Shown here: positions 28,306 through 37,451 of the stretch, one piece after another | Layout of the letters: each line of letters starts with the position of its first letter | How positions within the stretch are numbered: the stretch's first letter is position 1 | Origin: Alphaproteobacteria bacterium | GTDB taxonomy: Bacteria; Pseudomonadota; Alphaproteobacteria; UBA828 | Assembly: GCA_965214705.1 (NCBI GenBank) | Contig: OZ243972.1 | Coordinates: 1,824,001 to 1,888,000 of the forward strand | Reading direction: 5' to 3' | Length of the DNA: 64,000 bases | Position numbers and translations under genes: made by a program | The notes under the pieces: model-generated | The model's database searches: none | What the model was told of the DNA's origin: nothing | What the model saw: the letters and a program-made list of their open reading frames with translations, nothing else

Positions 28306-31212
28306 GTGTTCGAGATCTTCACCCTCGGCGGCGGCGCCTACCTGGTCGACCTGCTGAACGCCGTCGCGGCGATCACCGGCGGCGGCGCCTACGTGACGCT
28401 CGCCCAGCTCGCCGGCGTGGCGGGGCTCGCCTGGATCCTGTTCCGCACCGCCTTCGGCGGCTCGTGGAAGGACAACGCCAAGTGGGTGCTGCTGTTCGTC
28501 GCCGTCTGGGGCGCGATGATCGTGCCCAGGGCGACGGTGCGGGTGGTCGATCGGCTCGACGCGACGCTCGCGCCCGCGGTCGTGGCCAACGTCCCGATCG
28601 GGCTCGCGCTCTTCGCGTCGTTGACCTCCCAGGTCGGCGACGGGCTCACAAGGCTCACCGAGCAGGCCTTCACCCTGCCCGACGATCTGCGCTACCAGCG
28701 CCACGGGCTCATATTCGGGGCGAGGCTCGCGGCGGCCGCGACCCGGCTCGAGGTGACCGACGCGGTGTTCGCGCGCAACCTGCGCAACTATGCGAGGCAG
28801 TGCGTCTTCCACGCGCTGCTGCTCGGCCATATGACGGCCGACGATCTGCGCGAATCGACCGACGTCTGGACCCTGGTGACCGCGGTGGGCGCGCCGTCCG
28901 CCGGGGCCTCGCCGGCGCGCATGTTCGAGTTCGCCACCCGGGGCGCCACGGCGGGCACCGGGGCGACCACGCTCACCCGCGAGATCGTCACCTGCGCCGA
29001 CGGGGCGGGGCGGCTCGACGCGCTGTGGACGGCCGAGCTCGCCCGCGCGGGCGACATCTTCGGCATGCGCCTCTTCCCCGACGCCGCGACCGACGCCGTG
29101 GCCCGCACCGAGCTCACCGCCGCGCTGCCGGCCGCGCACGACTTCCTGATCGGCGCCGCGCGCACCGCGGGCGAGATCATGCGCCAGCAGATGGTGCTGA
29201 ACGCGCTCCACGCCGCGGGCGAGCAATGGTCGGCGGAGGCCGGCAACGCCGCCGCGCTGCGGGCCTATACGGAAGCGAGGGCCGAGGCCCAGACGGTCTC
29301 GGCCTACCGGGCGATCGGCCGCCAGGCCGAGACCTGGGTGCCGCTGCTCCGCATCGTGTTCGAGTGCCTCTATGTCGGCGCCTTCCCGCTGGCGGTGCTG
29401 CTGATGCTGACGCCGGCGGGGCTCACGATATTCCGGTCCTACGTGACGGGGCTGATCTGGCTCCAGTCCTGGGGGCCGCTCTACGCCGTCCTGCACCGCA
29501 TCTCGATGGGCGAGGCGGCCGAGCGGATGAGCGCGGCGGCGGCGATGCCGGGGGGCGAGGCCGGCATCTCGCTGGTCGCCCAGGCCGGCATCCGGGCGGT
29601 CGCCTCCGACGTCGCGGTGATGAGCGGATACCTCTCCATGTCGGTGCCGTTCCTCGCCGCCGCCCTCGCCTACGGCCTGTCGAAAGCCACCGTGCTCGCG
29701 ACCTCGGTGCTGGCGGTCGGCCAGGACGCGGCCTCGGCGGCCGCGCACGAGGGCACGACGGGCAACCTGTCGCTCGCCAACACCGGCTACGACACGCACC
29801 GGTTCGCGACGCTGGAGGGGCGCCAGATCCGCACCTCGGCCCATGTCGACACCGACCGCTATGTGGGATTTGCGCCGGCCGGGGCGGGGTTCGTCGTGAC
29901 CGGCGACGGCACGGCGGTGGTCGACGCGGGCAGCGCCACCAGCCGCATTCCGGCAGCCGGGGTCAGGCTCTCGGAGGCGCTGGCGACCAGCAACGAGACG
30001 CGCGCGGCGGAGGCGGCATCGATCGCCCGAAACTGGGACGTGCAGGTGGGCATGGCGAGGAACGCCGCCGTGACCGATGCGACGAGGCTGGTCGAGCGTT
30101 ACAGCCACGACGTGAGCATCGGGGAGGCGCACGCCAGGGGGGTGACCGAGAGCGAGAGCGCGCAGGTGCAGGCGCTCGAGTCGCATTACGAGAAACTCGC
30201 CGAGATCGGCGGCATCACGAAGAACCAGGCCGCGGTGCTGACCGGCGAGGCGAAGATCGGCGGCGGACTGGAGAAGATCGTCGAGATCGGTGCGAGCGGG
30301 AGCGCGACCTGGCGCGGCGAGACCATCGAGAGCGAAGCGTGGAACCGGATGCGGGAATACGACCGCCAGCACGGGGTGACGGATTTGTGGTCGAGGGTCT
30401 CGGAGGCGTCGCGGCGCTACTCGGCGGCGACCGGCGAGAGCGAGGCGGCCGCGCTGGAGGAGAGCCTCAACGCCAATCTCACCCGGATGCGGAGCTTCGG
30501 CGAGCGGGCGTCACTGGCGCGGCAGGAGTCGGAGATGTGGACGGAGCAGGCGGCGCAGGTGCGTTCCGACGCGCAGGCCATCGACCGTGACCTCTCCCAG
30601 CCCTTCTTCGCCTGGCTGTCGGAGCGCGAGGGCGCGGACGGCAGGCCGATCGGCGCGGCCGGGGCGAGCAGTCTGATCTCGGTGCAGACGCCGGAGGACG
30701 CGGAAGCGCTCCGCGAGCATGCGGCCCGGTTCATCGCGGAGAAGTTCCCGGCGCCCGCCGGGCCCGATCGGGCGTCGGTCGGCGGTGTCGCGGCGTACGA
30801 GGGCGCCGCCGGCGAGGTGCGCGAGGCTTATGGCCGCGAGACCGCGGCGGCCCACGGGGGCTGGTCGGCTGCGGTGCGGGACCGGGCGGGCGCGGCCGGA
30901 ACGCCGCGGCCGGGCGGCGTGCCGGAGGCTGCGATCCGGGAAGGCGCGCGGGCGGAGACCGACATGATCGTGCGCGGCAGCGCGCGCGAGGCGAAGACGG
31001 AGGTGACGCGGGAGGACGCGCTGGAGGGCCGGGCCGGTGTCGCGGCGGAGACCGGGAAGCCCTTCGAGCACCATGCCACCGAGAACCTGCCGTTCATCGG
31101 CGGCTGGCTCGCCGGCAAGCTGTTCGGGACCGCGCAGAACGCGGCGCCGGACGGGGCCGGGGAGCAGCCGCGGACGATACCGACGCCGGACTGGCGGGAC
31201 CAGTCGCCGTGA
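28306..31212 (+). CDS. traG: TraG (F-type)
   Basis: EIFTLGGG..L..LLNAVA, VANVPIGLA, WLQSWGPLYAVL; long soluble C-terminus. Confidence 0.93.
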   Translation: MFEIFTLGGGAYLVDLLNAVAAITGGGAYVTLAQLAGVAGLAWILFRTAFGGSWKDNAKWVLLFVAVWGAMIVPRATVRVVDRLDATLAPAVVANVPIGLALFASLTSQVGDGLTRLTEQAFTLPDDLRYQRHGLIFGARLAAAATRLEVTDAVFARNLRNYARQCVFHALLLGHMTADDLRESTDVWTLVTAVGAPSAGASPARMFEFATRGATAGTGATTLTREIVTCADGAGRLDALWTAELARAGDIFGMRLFPDAATDAVARTELTAALPAAHDFLIGAARTAGEIMRQQMVLNALHAAGEQWSAEAGNAAALRAYTEARAEAQTVSAYRAIGRQAETWVPLLRIVFECLYVGAFPLAVLLMLTPAGLTIFRSYVTGLIWLQSWGPLYAVLHRISMGEAAERMSAAAAMPGGEAGISLVAQAGIRAVASDVAVMSGYLSMSVPFLAAALAYGLSKATVLATSVLAVGQDAASAAAHEGTTGNLSLANTGYDTHRFATLEGRQIRTSAHVDTDRYVGFAPAGAGFVVTGDGTAVVDAGSATSRIPAAGVRLSEALATSNETRAAEAASIARNWDVQVGMARNAAVTDATRLVERYSHDVSIGEAHARGVTESESAQVQALESHYEKLAEIGGITKNQAAVLTGEAKIGGGLEKIVEIGASGSATWRGETIESEAWNRMREYDRQHGVTDLWSRVSEASRRYSAATGESEAAALEESLNANLTRMRSFGERASLARQESEMWTEQAAQVRSDAQAIDRDLSQPFFAWLSEREGADGRPIGAAGASSLISVQTPEDAEALREHAARFIAEKFPAPAGPDRASVGGVAAYEGAAGEVREAYGRETAAAHGGWSAAVRDRAGAAGTPRPGGVPEAAIREGARAETDMIVRGSAREAKTEVTREDALEGRAGVAAETGKPFEHHATENLPFIGGWLAGKLFGTAQNAAPDGAGEQPRTIPTPDWRDQSP

Positions 31213-31226
31213 TGCGTAGGGTGCGT

Positions 31227-31592
31227 TCAGTGCCCGCGCATCAGCCGTTCGTGCTCCTCATGGATGCGGAGCCAGGCGTAGCGACCGGTCTTCGTGCCCC
31301 AGTCGAAACTGTCGCCGTTGTCGCGCGGCAGCCGGTAGCGGCGGAACGGCGACCAGTCCCGGTGGCGGAGGCCCTGCCACAGGGCGGCGGCGACGCTGGC
31401 CGCAACCGTCCACGCGATGGCCGCCATCCAGACGGGACCGATCGCCTCCGTGCCGGACCCGGCCGCGAGCGACGCGGCGGTGTAGAGGGCGGCCAGGGCG
31501 AGCCCGCCGAGCACGAAGAGGCGCTCAGCACCCGTGCTTCTTGGCCTCGCCGGCACGCCGGAACGTGCATTCGATGTTCTTGGCATGTTCAT
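31227..31592 (-). CDS. Small two-TM membrane protein convergent on traG (candidate entry exclusion)
   Basis: Two hydrophobic segments; positional inference only. Confidence 0.5.
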   Translation of the reverse strand: MNMPRTSNARSGVPARPRSTGAERLFVLGGLALAALYTAASLAAGSGTEAIGPVWMAAIAWTVAASVAAALWQGLRHRDWSPFRRYRLPRDNGDSFDWGTKTGRYAWLRIHEEHERLMRGH

Positions 31593-31783
31593 GTCCTCCG
31601 ATCATAGCGGCAGCGGTGCGGAATGGAATCCCCACCTGCTCCCCCGGCTCGGTGGCCGGGGCAGGCTCCCCCCGATCCGGGGGCGCCGCGCGGGGCGGCC
31701 CTCCTCCATCCCGGCCTCTTCGCCCGCCCTCCGCTTCGCTCCGCCTCCGGGCGGTGACTCACGCAACTTGAAGGAGACCGGCC

Positions 31784-32379
31784 ATGCGCGGTATCGGCGG
31801 CAGCACGCTCAGGGGCGGCCAGACGGTCTTTCACGGGCTGCGGATGTGGGGCCAGCTCTTCCGGGCGGCGATGTTCCTCGCGGCCGTCACCACCGTGACG
31901 GTGCCGGCCTGGACGCTGTGGCACCGCACCACCGGGGCGGAGTGGTACGCCGCCGGCATGGTGACGCTGGCCGAGGTCAAGCTCGTCCTCGGCTACGACC
32001 CGGAGTCCGGCCAGGAAATCCGGTTCGCCGACGGCACGCGGCGGGTGATGAGCATCCGCGACATCGCCGCGTCCGTTCCGGCCAGGGCCGCGCGGGAGCG
32101 GATCAGGGACGAGATGTTCGCGAGCGCGGCGCTCGGGGCGATGGCGGGCGCCGGGCTGATCGGGCTCTTCCTTGCCGTCTTCTGGGTCCGGGGCGCGCAG
32201 CTGGGCCGCCAGAAGCGCATCCGGGGCGCGGAGATGGTGACGGCCGCCGAGCTGCGCCGGCGGGTGCAGCCGCCGCATCACCGCGCGCTCGCGAGGCTGC
32301 CGGGCGGCAAGCGGCTGCGGCCCTACTCGATCGCCGGCATCCCGTACCCGGAGAGGACGGAGACGCAGCACACCATCGT
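31784..32379 (+). pseudogene. traD: Coupling protein TraD, 5' part (interrupted)
   Basis: AAGGAG RBS; LRGGQTVFHGLRMWGQ, two TMs, RIRGAE, ends ETQHTIV immediately before the expected Walker A. Confidence 0.9.
32367..32379 (+). repeat. Left att core of the traD-integrated element
   Basis: 12/13 match to 59538-59550, exactly at the traD break. Confidence 0.85.
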
Positions 32380-32495
32380 GCGCACCTTCGGTGCTAACGT
32401 ACTGATATAGCGTCGCTTCTTTCCTCCTGATTCAGCCGCTGGAGGCGGATTCGATCCCCGATTTCGCCCCGGCTGCAACATGAAGAACGGGAGGA

Positions 32496-33626
32496 ATGCC
32501 AATGGCGACGCTCCGCCTCAACGACCGCCGCGTCGAGTCGCTCAAGCCCCGAAAGTCCACCTACGACGTTCGCGACCGCGACCTCAGGGGCTTCGGCGTA
32601 AGGGTGCTGCCCTCGGGCGCCAAGCGGTATTTCGTACATGCTCAGCACGAAGGCCGGCGGATCTGGAAGATCGTCGGCCGCGCCGGGTCCATCGGCGCGG
32701 GCGAGGCCCGCGAACGGGCCAGAACCTTGATCGCCGCGATCCGGAATGGAAACGACGACCAAGCCGCTGCACCGCCGGACACCCCGTTCGAGACGGTGGG
32801 CGACGAAGTCTTCCGGCGCTACGCCCGAAACTGGAAGCCGTCGACCCTCAGGGTCAACCGGAACTACTACCGAAACCAGATTCTCCCCTGGTTCCAGGGA
32901 CGCCCCATCGCCGACATCACCGCCCGCGACGTCAAGCAGTGGTTCACATCCCTTCACGAGACCCCTGTCGCCGCCGACCGCTCGGCTCCCGTTCTCTCGG
33001 TCATCATGCGCCAGGCCGAGGTCTACGGGTATCGGCCGGAAGGGACCAATCCGTGCGTGGGCATCAAACGGTACCGCCGCCAGGGGCGGGAGCGCTTCCT
33101 GACGGCGGCGGAGCTCCGCCGCCTGGGCGCGATGCTGGCCCGCCACGAGGCCGGCCGCCCGCAGGTCGTGGCGATCATTCGGCTGTTGCTGCTCACCGGG
33201 TGCCGCAAGGGCGAGATCATCACGCTGAAGTGGCGCTACTACCGCGAGGGCAACCTGTTCCTGGCGGACAGCAAAGTCGGGCCGCGCTCGGTCTGGCTCT
33301 CGTCCGCCGCGCGCGAGGTTCTCGACAGCGTACCCCGCAGCCCGGTCTGGGTCTTCCCCTCGCCGCAAACTGACGGATGCCTGACCGTGGCCACACTCGA
33401 CCGGGCCTGGCAGCGCATCAGAGCCGAAGCGGACCTGCGCGATGTCCGTCTTCACGATTGCCGGCACACGTACGCCAGCATGGCGCTGGCACAGGGCGAG
33501 ACGGTGCTGACCATCGGCCGGCTGCTCGGACACCGCGATCCAGCAACGACGCTGAAATACACACACATGTCCGACATCATGGTGCACGAAGCCGCCGATA
33601 CCGTCGGCGTCGTCCTCAAGGGCTAG
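32496..33626 (+). CDS. Tyrosine integrase 1 (N-terminal arm-binding domain)
   Basis: RDRDLRGFGVRVLPSGAKRY, TGCRKGE, HDCRH, LGH, catalytic Y. Confidence 0.93.
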   Translation: MPMATLRLNDRRVESLKPRKSTYDVRDRDLRGFGVRVLPSGAKRYFVHAQHEGRRIWKIVGRAGSIGAGEARERARTLIAAIRNGNDDQAAAPPDTPFETVGDEVFRRYARNWKPSTLRVNRNYYRNQILPWFQGRPIADITARDVKQWFTSLHETPVAADRSAPVLSVIMRQAEVYGYRPEGTNPCVGIKRYRRQGRERFLTAAELRRLGAMLARHEAGRPQVVAIIRLLLLTGCRKGEIITLKWRYYREGNLFLADSKVGPRSVWLSSAAREVLDSVPRSPVWVFPSPQTDGCLTVATLDRAWQRIRAEADLRDVRLHDCRHTYASMALAQGETVLTIGRLLGHRDPATTLKYTHMSDIMVHEAADTVGVVLKG

Positions 33627-33628
33627 GC

Positions 33629-34768
33629 ATGGCCGTGAAAAGGCGGCGTCTGACCGACGCCAACATCGCGAAGCTGGCGCCGAAGGCCCGCGAATACACG
33701 GTGTGGGACACGCGGCATGCCGGTCTCGGCGTGCGCATACGTCCGTCGGGGCACCGCAGCTTCGTCTACTGGCGGAAGGGCAAAGGCGGCGCGCGCAGGA
33801 TCACCCTCGGGTCTGCGGCGTTGATGAGCGTCGAGGAGGCGCGCGCCAAGTGCCTCGCCGTCGAGACCGCAGCCCTTGACGGCCAGCCGGAACGCGGAGA
33901 GGTCCCGACGTTCGCGGAGTTCGTCGCCGGGCCGGAGCGAGTCTTCTTCAACCGGGGCAAGCCGTCGACGCGGAAGGAGGCGAACCGGATGATCAACGCG
34001 CGTCTGCTTCCGGCCTTTGGATCGCTGCCGCTGGACCGGATCACCCGCGCCTGCGTGACCCGCTGGTTCGACGAGTTCAGCCGCACCGCGCCGGGCGGAG
34101 CCAATCATGCGTTGAACCTGCTCGGCAAGTTGCTGAACCACGCGATCGATTGCGGACATCTGCGGACGAACCCGGCCCGGAGCGTGAGGCGCAACCCCCG
34201 CCCCAAGCTCACCCGCTTCCTGTCTCGCGAGGAGGTCCGCCGTCTTCATCGTGCGCTCGACCGCCACGCCGTAGCACGGCCATTGTGCGCGCAACAGGCG
34301 GATATCATCCGCCTTCTCTTGCTGACCGGCTGCCGCCGGAGCGAGATCCTGACGCTGCGCTGGCAAGATGTGGAAGAGGACACGCTCAATCTCGGCGATG
34401 CCAAGAGCGGGCCCAGGCGGGTCTTTCTGAATGCGCCGGCCCGCGCGATCCTGAAGCGGCAGCCGCGATCCGCTTGCGCTTACGTCTTTCCTTCCCCGAA
34501 AAATCCCGGACGACCGCGTTCGCACAACCTGGCGCTCTGGCGTTCGGTGCGCAAGGAGGCCGGGATCGAGGATGTGCGCCTGCATGACCTCAGACACACG
34601 TACGCCAGCCACGCCGTGCTGCAAGGCGTCCCGTTGCCCGTCGTCTCACGCCTGCTCGGCCACAGGCGACCAAGCATGACGCTGCGCTATGCCCATGTCG
34701 GCGACCGCGAGACCGAAGCGGCATCGGAACGTATCGGTGCAGCTATCTCGCGAGCATTGGATGGCTGA
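33629..34768 (+). CDS. Tyrosine integrase 2 (paralogue of integrase 1)
   Basis: WDTRHAGLGVRIRPSG, TGCRRSE, HDLRH, LGH, RYAH; starts 2 nt after the integrase 1 stop. Confidence 0.93.
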   Translation: MAVKRRRLTDANIAKLAPKAREYTVWDTRHAGLGVRIRPSGHRSFVYWRKGKGGARRITLGSAALMSVEEARAKCLAVETAALDGQPERGEVPTFAEFVAGPERVFFNRGKPSTRKEANRMINARLLPAFGSLPLDRITRACVTRWFDEFSRTAPGGANHALNLLGKLLNHAIDCGHLRTNPARSVRRNPRPKLTRFLSREEVRRLHRALDRHAVARPLCAQQADIIRLLLLTGCRRSEILTLRWQDVEEDTLNLGDAKSGPRRVFLNAPARAILKRQPRSACAYVFPSPKNPGRPRSHNLALWRSVRKEAGIEDVRLHDLRHTYASHAVLQGVPLPVVSRLLGHRRPSMTLRYAHVGDRETEAASERIGAAISRALDG

Positions 34769-34850
34769 TTGCCTCACACCCGATCCACTTGCAAACTCCT
34801 GAGCGGATGCTGCAAGTGCTGGGCTCGCGGCCGGCACCGCAGCGGCCGAT

Positions 34851-35108
34851 ATGAAGAAGGTCACGCTCGGTACTGAGGGCGCCTACCCGCCCTTCAATTG
34901 GATCGACGAGAACGGCGACCTCCAGGGCTTCGACCTCGAAATCGGCAACGCGCTCTGCGCGGCGGCGAACCTGGAGTGCACCTGGGCGGTGAGCTACTTC
35001 TTCATCCTGCTCTCGCGCTTCATCGAGCACCGCCTCTCCGGCCACATGCGCGAGCGCCCGGCAAGCAGCAGCTCAATGTGCCGCGGCCGTCCGCTAAACC
35101 GCCATTGA
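34851..35108 (+). pseudogene. Deletion remnant of a polar amino-acid ABC transporter (binding-protein N-terminus joined to a permease-like tail)
   Basis: GTEGAYPPFNWIDENGDLQGFDLEIGNALC...CTW followed abruptly by FFILLSRFIEHRLSGH. Confidence 0.7.
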
Positions 35109-35190
35109 GTGTTAAATCACAGAAGTGGGAGTTCGCTTTCGACCCGCCCCCCGATATTATGACACAGGAACCGCTGGAGCCCCGGAACCA

Positions 35191-35824
35191 ATGGAATCGT
35201 GGCAACTGCTTGCAGACATCTGGGATAACGATGTCGCCCGGGCATTCTCTATCGCCATTGTCGTCATCCTTGCCCTGAGTCTACTCGGCTTGCGCTCCCT
35301 TGGCGCGTTAGCCGCCTTCTCTCAACACGGCACCACACTCTGCACAACGCTCGGCGTCCTAGGAACATTTACGGGCATCTTTCTAGGCCTTCTGCAATTC
35401 GATGTCGCCGAAATTGATGCCAGCGTGCCGGAACTCTTGGCGGGCCTCAAGATCGCGTTCTCCACCAGTATCGTGGGGTTAGGTGCGGCGGTGCTCCTCC
35501 GAGCCATCCGATCTTTTGTTCCAACTCGTTCCGAAGGCGCTACAGAGACAACGCCAGAAGCCATTCATCAGACGCTACGAGAAATCAACAACTCGATTAC
35601 CCAAGCTTCTAGAAACCAAGCCGAGGCTCTAACCCAGGTCAGAAGCGCAATTTCAGACGATACTGATAGCAGCCTGGTAACGCAGACACAAAAGCTGCGG
35701 ATAGCTGTTGAAGACGGCAATCTCCAACTGATCGAGCAGTTTAAGCAGTTCGCTGAAAGAATGGCGGAAAACAACTCTCGTGCACTAATCGAAGCACTGG
35801 AACAGGTGATCAGGGACTTTAACG
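35191..35824 (+). pseudogene. ZorA-like (MotA/TolQ/ExbB family) protein truncated by an IS
   Basis: TTLGVLGTFTGIFLGL, GLKIAFSTSIVG, then helical tail MAENNSRALIEALEQVIRDFN cut at the IS66 end. Confidence 0.7.
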
Positions 35825-35844
35825 GTAAGTGGGGCAAATTCTGG

Positions 35845-36515
35845 GAGCGCCAGGCTAACTCTGTCGTGGATAGCCGGTGAAAGTCCGGTGAAGGGAAGGA
35901 CTAACGAACCACCCTTGCCTTGAGCCGTGCGTCGGCCTTCGCGAGGAGGCAGGCGAAGCGTCGGTAGAGGTGCGCGTGGGCAGGACATTGAGCACCGAAA
36001 ATGCCGTCATTCGGAGTGCCGAGGCCATCCAGAAGGTCGAAGGCAACACCGGCCGCCCGCTTTCGTGAGGGCCGGCAGGGCTCCGCGGTGTCCAAGACCC
36101 CAGGCACGCGCGTACGTCCACACAGGGGACCTGGGAGGCCTCTTCATCACCCGTGCCTCAGAGTGCGGGTCGTGACGGGAAGGGTGGATGCCCATAGCCG
36201 TCGATGTACGATGGGGAGGAATCTGACTCGGTCGTAGTACCGTTGAAACGGGGGAACAAAGGGGCGTGACAACCTTGGCGGACTTCGTGGAGGAAAGGAC
36301 CGGGGCCAACGGGAGATCGGGGACCTGAAGCATGTGCCGGGCACAGAACCGGGTAAGCATGTCACAGGAGGGTCTCCGAACACGCCGCCGTGCGAGACGT
36401 CGCAAGAGCGACGAGAGTGCGCCGGACGTCTGACCGGAGGCAGGAGCCGGATGCCTTAGCGGGCACGTCCGGATCTGCGCGGGGGGCGCTGGGTAACCAG
36501 CGTCCCTACCGCGAA
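35845..36515 (+). ncRNA. ORF-less group II intron, copy 1 (671 nt)
   Basis: Starts GAGCG; DV/DVI GAGCCGGATGCCTTAGCGGGCACGTCCGGATCTGCGCGGGGGG...CCCTACCGCGAA; EBS1 CCAGAA (36029-36034) complements upstream TTCTGG. Confidence 0.88.
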
Positions 36516-37186
36516 GAGCGCCAGGCTAACTCTGTCGTGGATAGCCGGTGAAAGTCCGGTGAAGGGAAGGACTAACGAACCACCCTTGCCTTGAGCCGTG
36601 CGTCGGCCTTCGCGAGGAGGCAGGCGAAGCGTCGGTAGAGGTGCGCGTGGGCAGGACATTGAGCACCGAAAATGCCGTCATTCGGAGTGCCGAGGCCATC
36701 CAGAAGGTCGAAGGCAACACCGGCCGCCCGCTTTCGTGAGGGCCGGCAGGGCTCCGCGGTGTCCAAGACCCCAGGCACGCGCGTACGTCCACACAGGGGA
36801 CCTGGGAGGCCTCTTCATCACCCGTGCCTCAGAGTGCGGGTCGTGACGGGAAGGGTGGATGCCCATAGCCGTCGATGTACGATGGGGAGGAATCTGACTC
36901 GGTCGTAGTACCGTTGAAACGGGGGAACAAAGGGGCGTGACAACCTTGGCGGACTTCGTGGAGGAAAGGACCGGGGCCAACGGGAGATCGGGGACCTGAA
37001 GCATGTGCCGGGCACAGAACCGGGTAAGCATGTCACAGGAGGGTCTCCGAACACGCCGCCGTGCGAGACGTCGCAAGAGCGACGAGAGTGCGCCGGACGT
37101 CTGACCGGAGGCAGGAGCCGGATGCCTTAGCGGGCACGTCCGGATCTGCGCGGGGGGCGCTGGGTAACCAGCGTCCCTACCGCGAA
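36516..37186 (+). ncRNA. ORF-less group II intron, copy 2 (head-to-tail duplicate)
   Basis: Apparently identical to copy 1, 671-bp period, no spacer. Confidence 0.88.
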
Positions 37187-37451
37187 GGACGGATTGATGC
37201 GCCGTCTCATGTAGACGCTGGTGTGATGGCGCTTGGGGGTACCCGTTACGCCTGGCGCTGACGGTAGTCCTTGGTGATGGGCATCGGGTCACATTCAGCG
37301 TTTCCTGGCCATCGCAATTCCAGTTCCGGGTGCAGCGACCATGGGCCCGGCCATGTGACGCGACCGCGTTACCGATCCGGATCAGGGGGTTGAGCGAGCA
37401 TTTTTCGCTGGACTTCGCGCGCTTTATGGACAGCGTGCGCGCGGAGGGTCC

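Noticed and set aside
35845-37186. CRISPR array or DGR template/variable repeat near an RT
   Set aside because: Copies appear identical with no spacers or adenine-specific differences and carry group II intron DV/DVI; the RT is intron-type.
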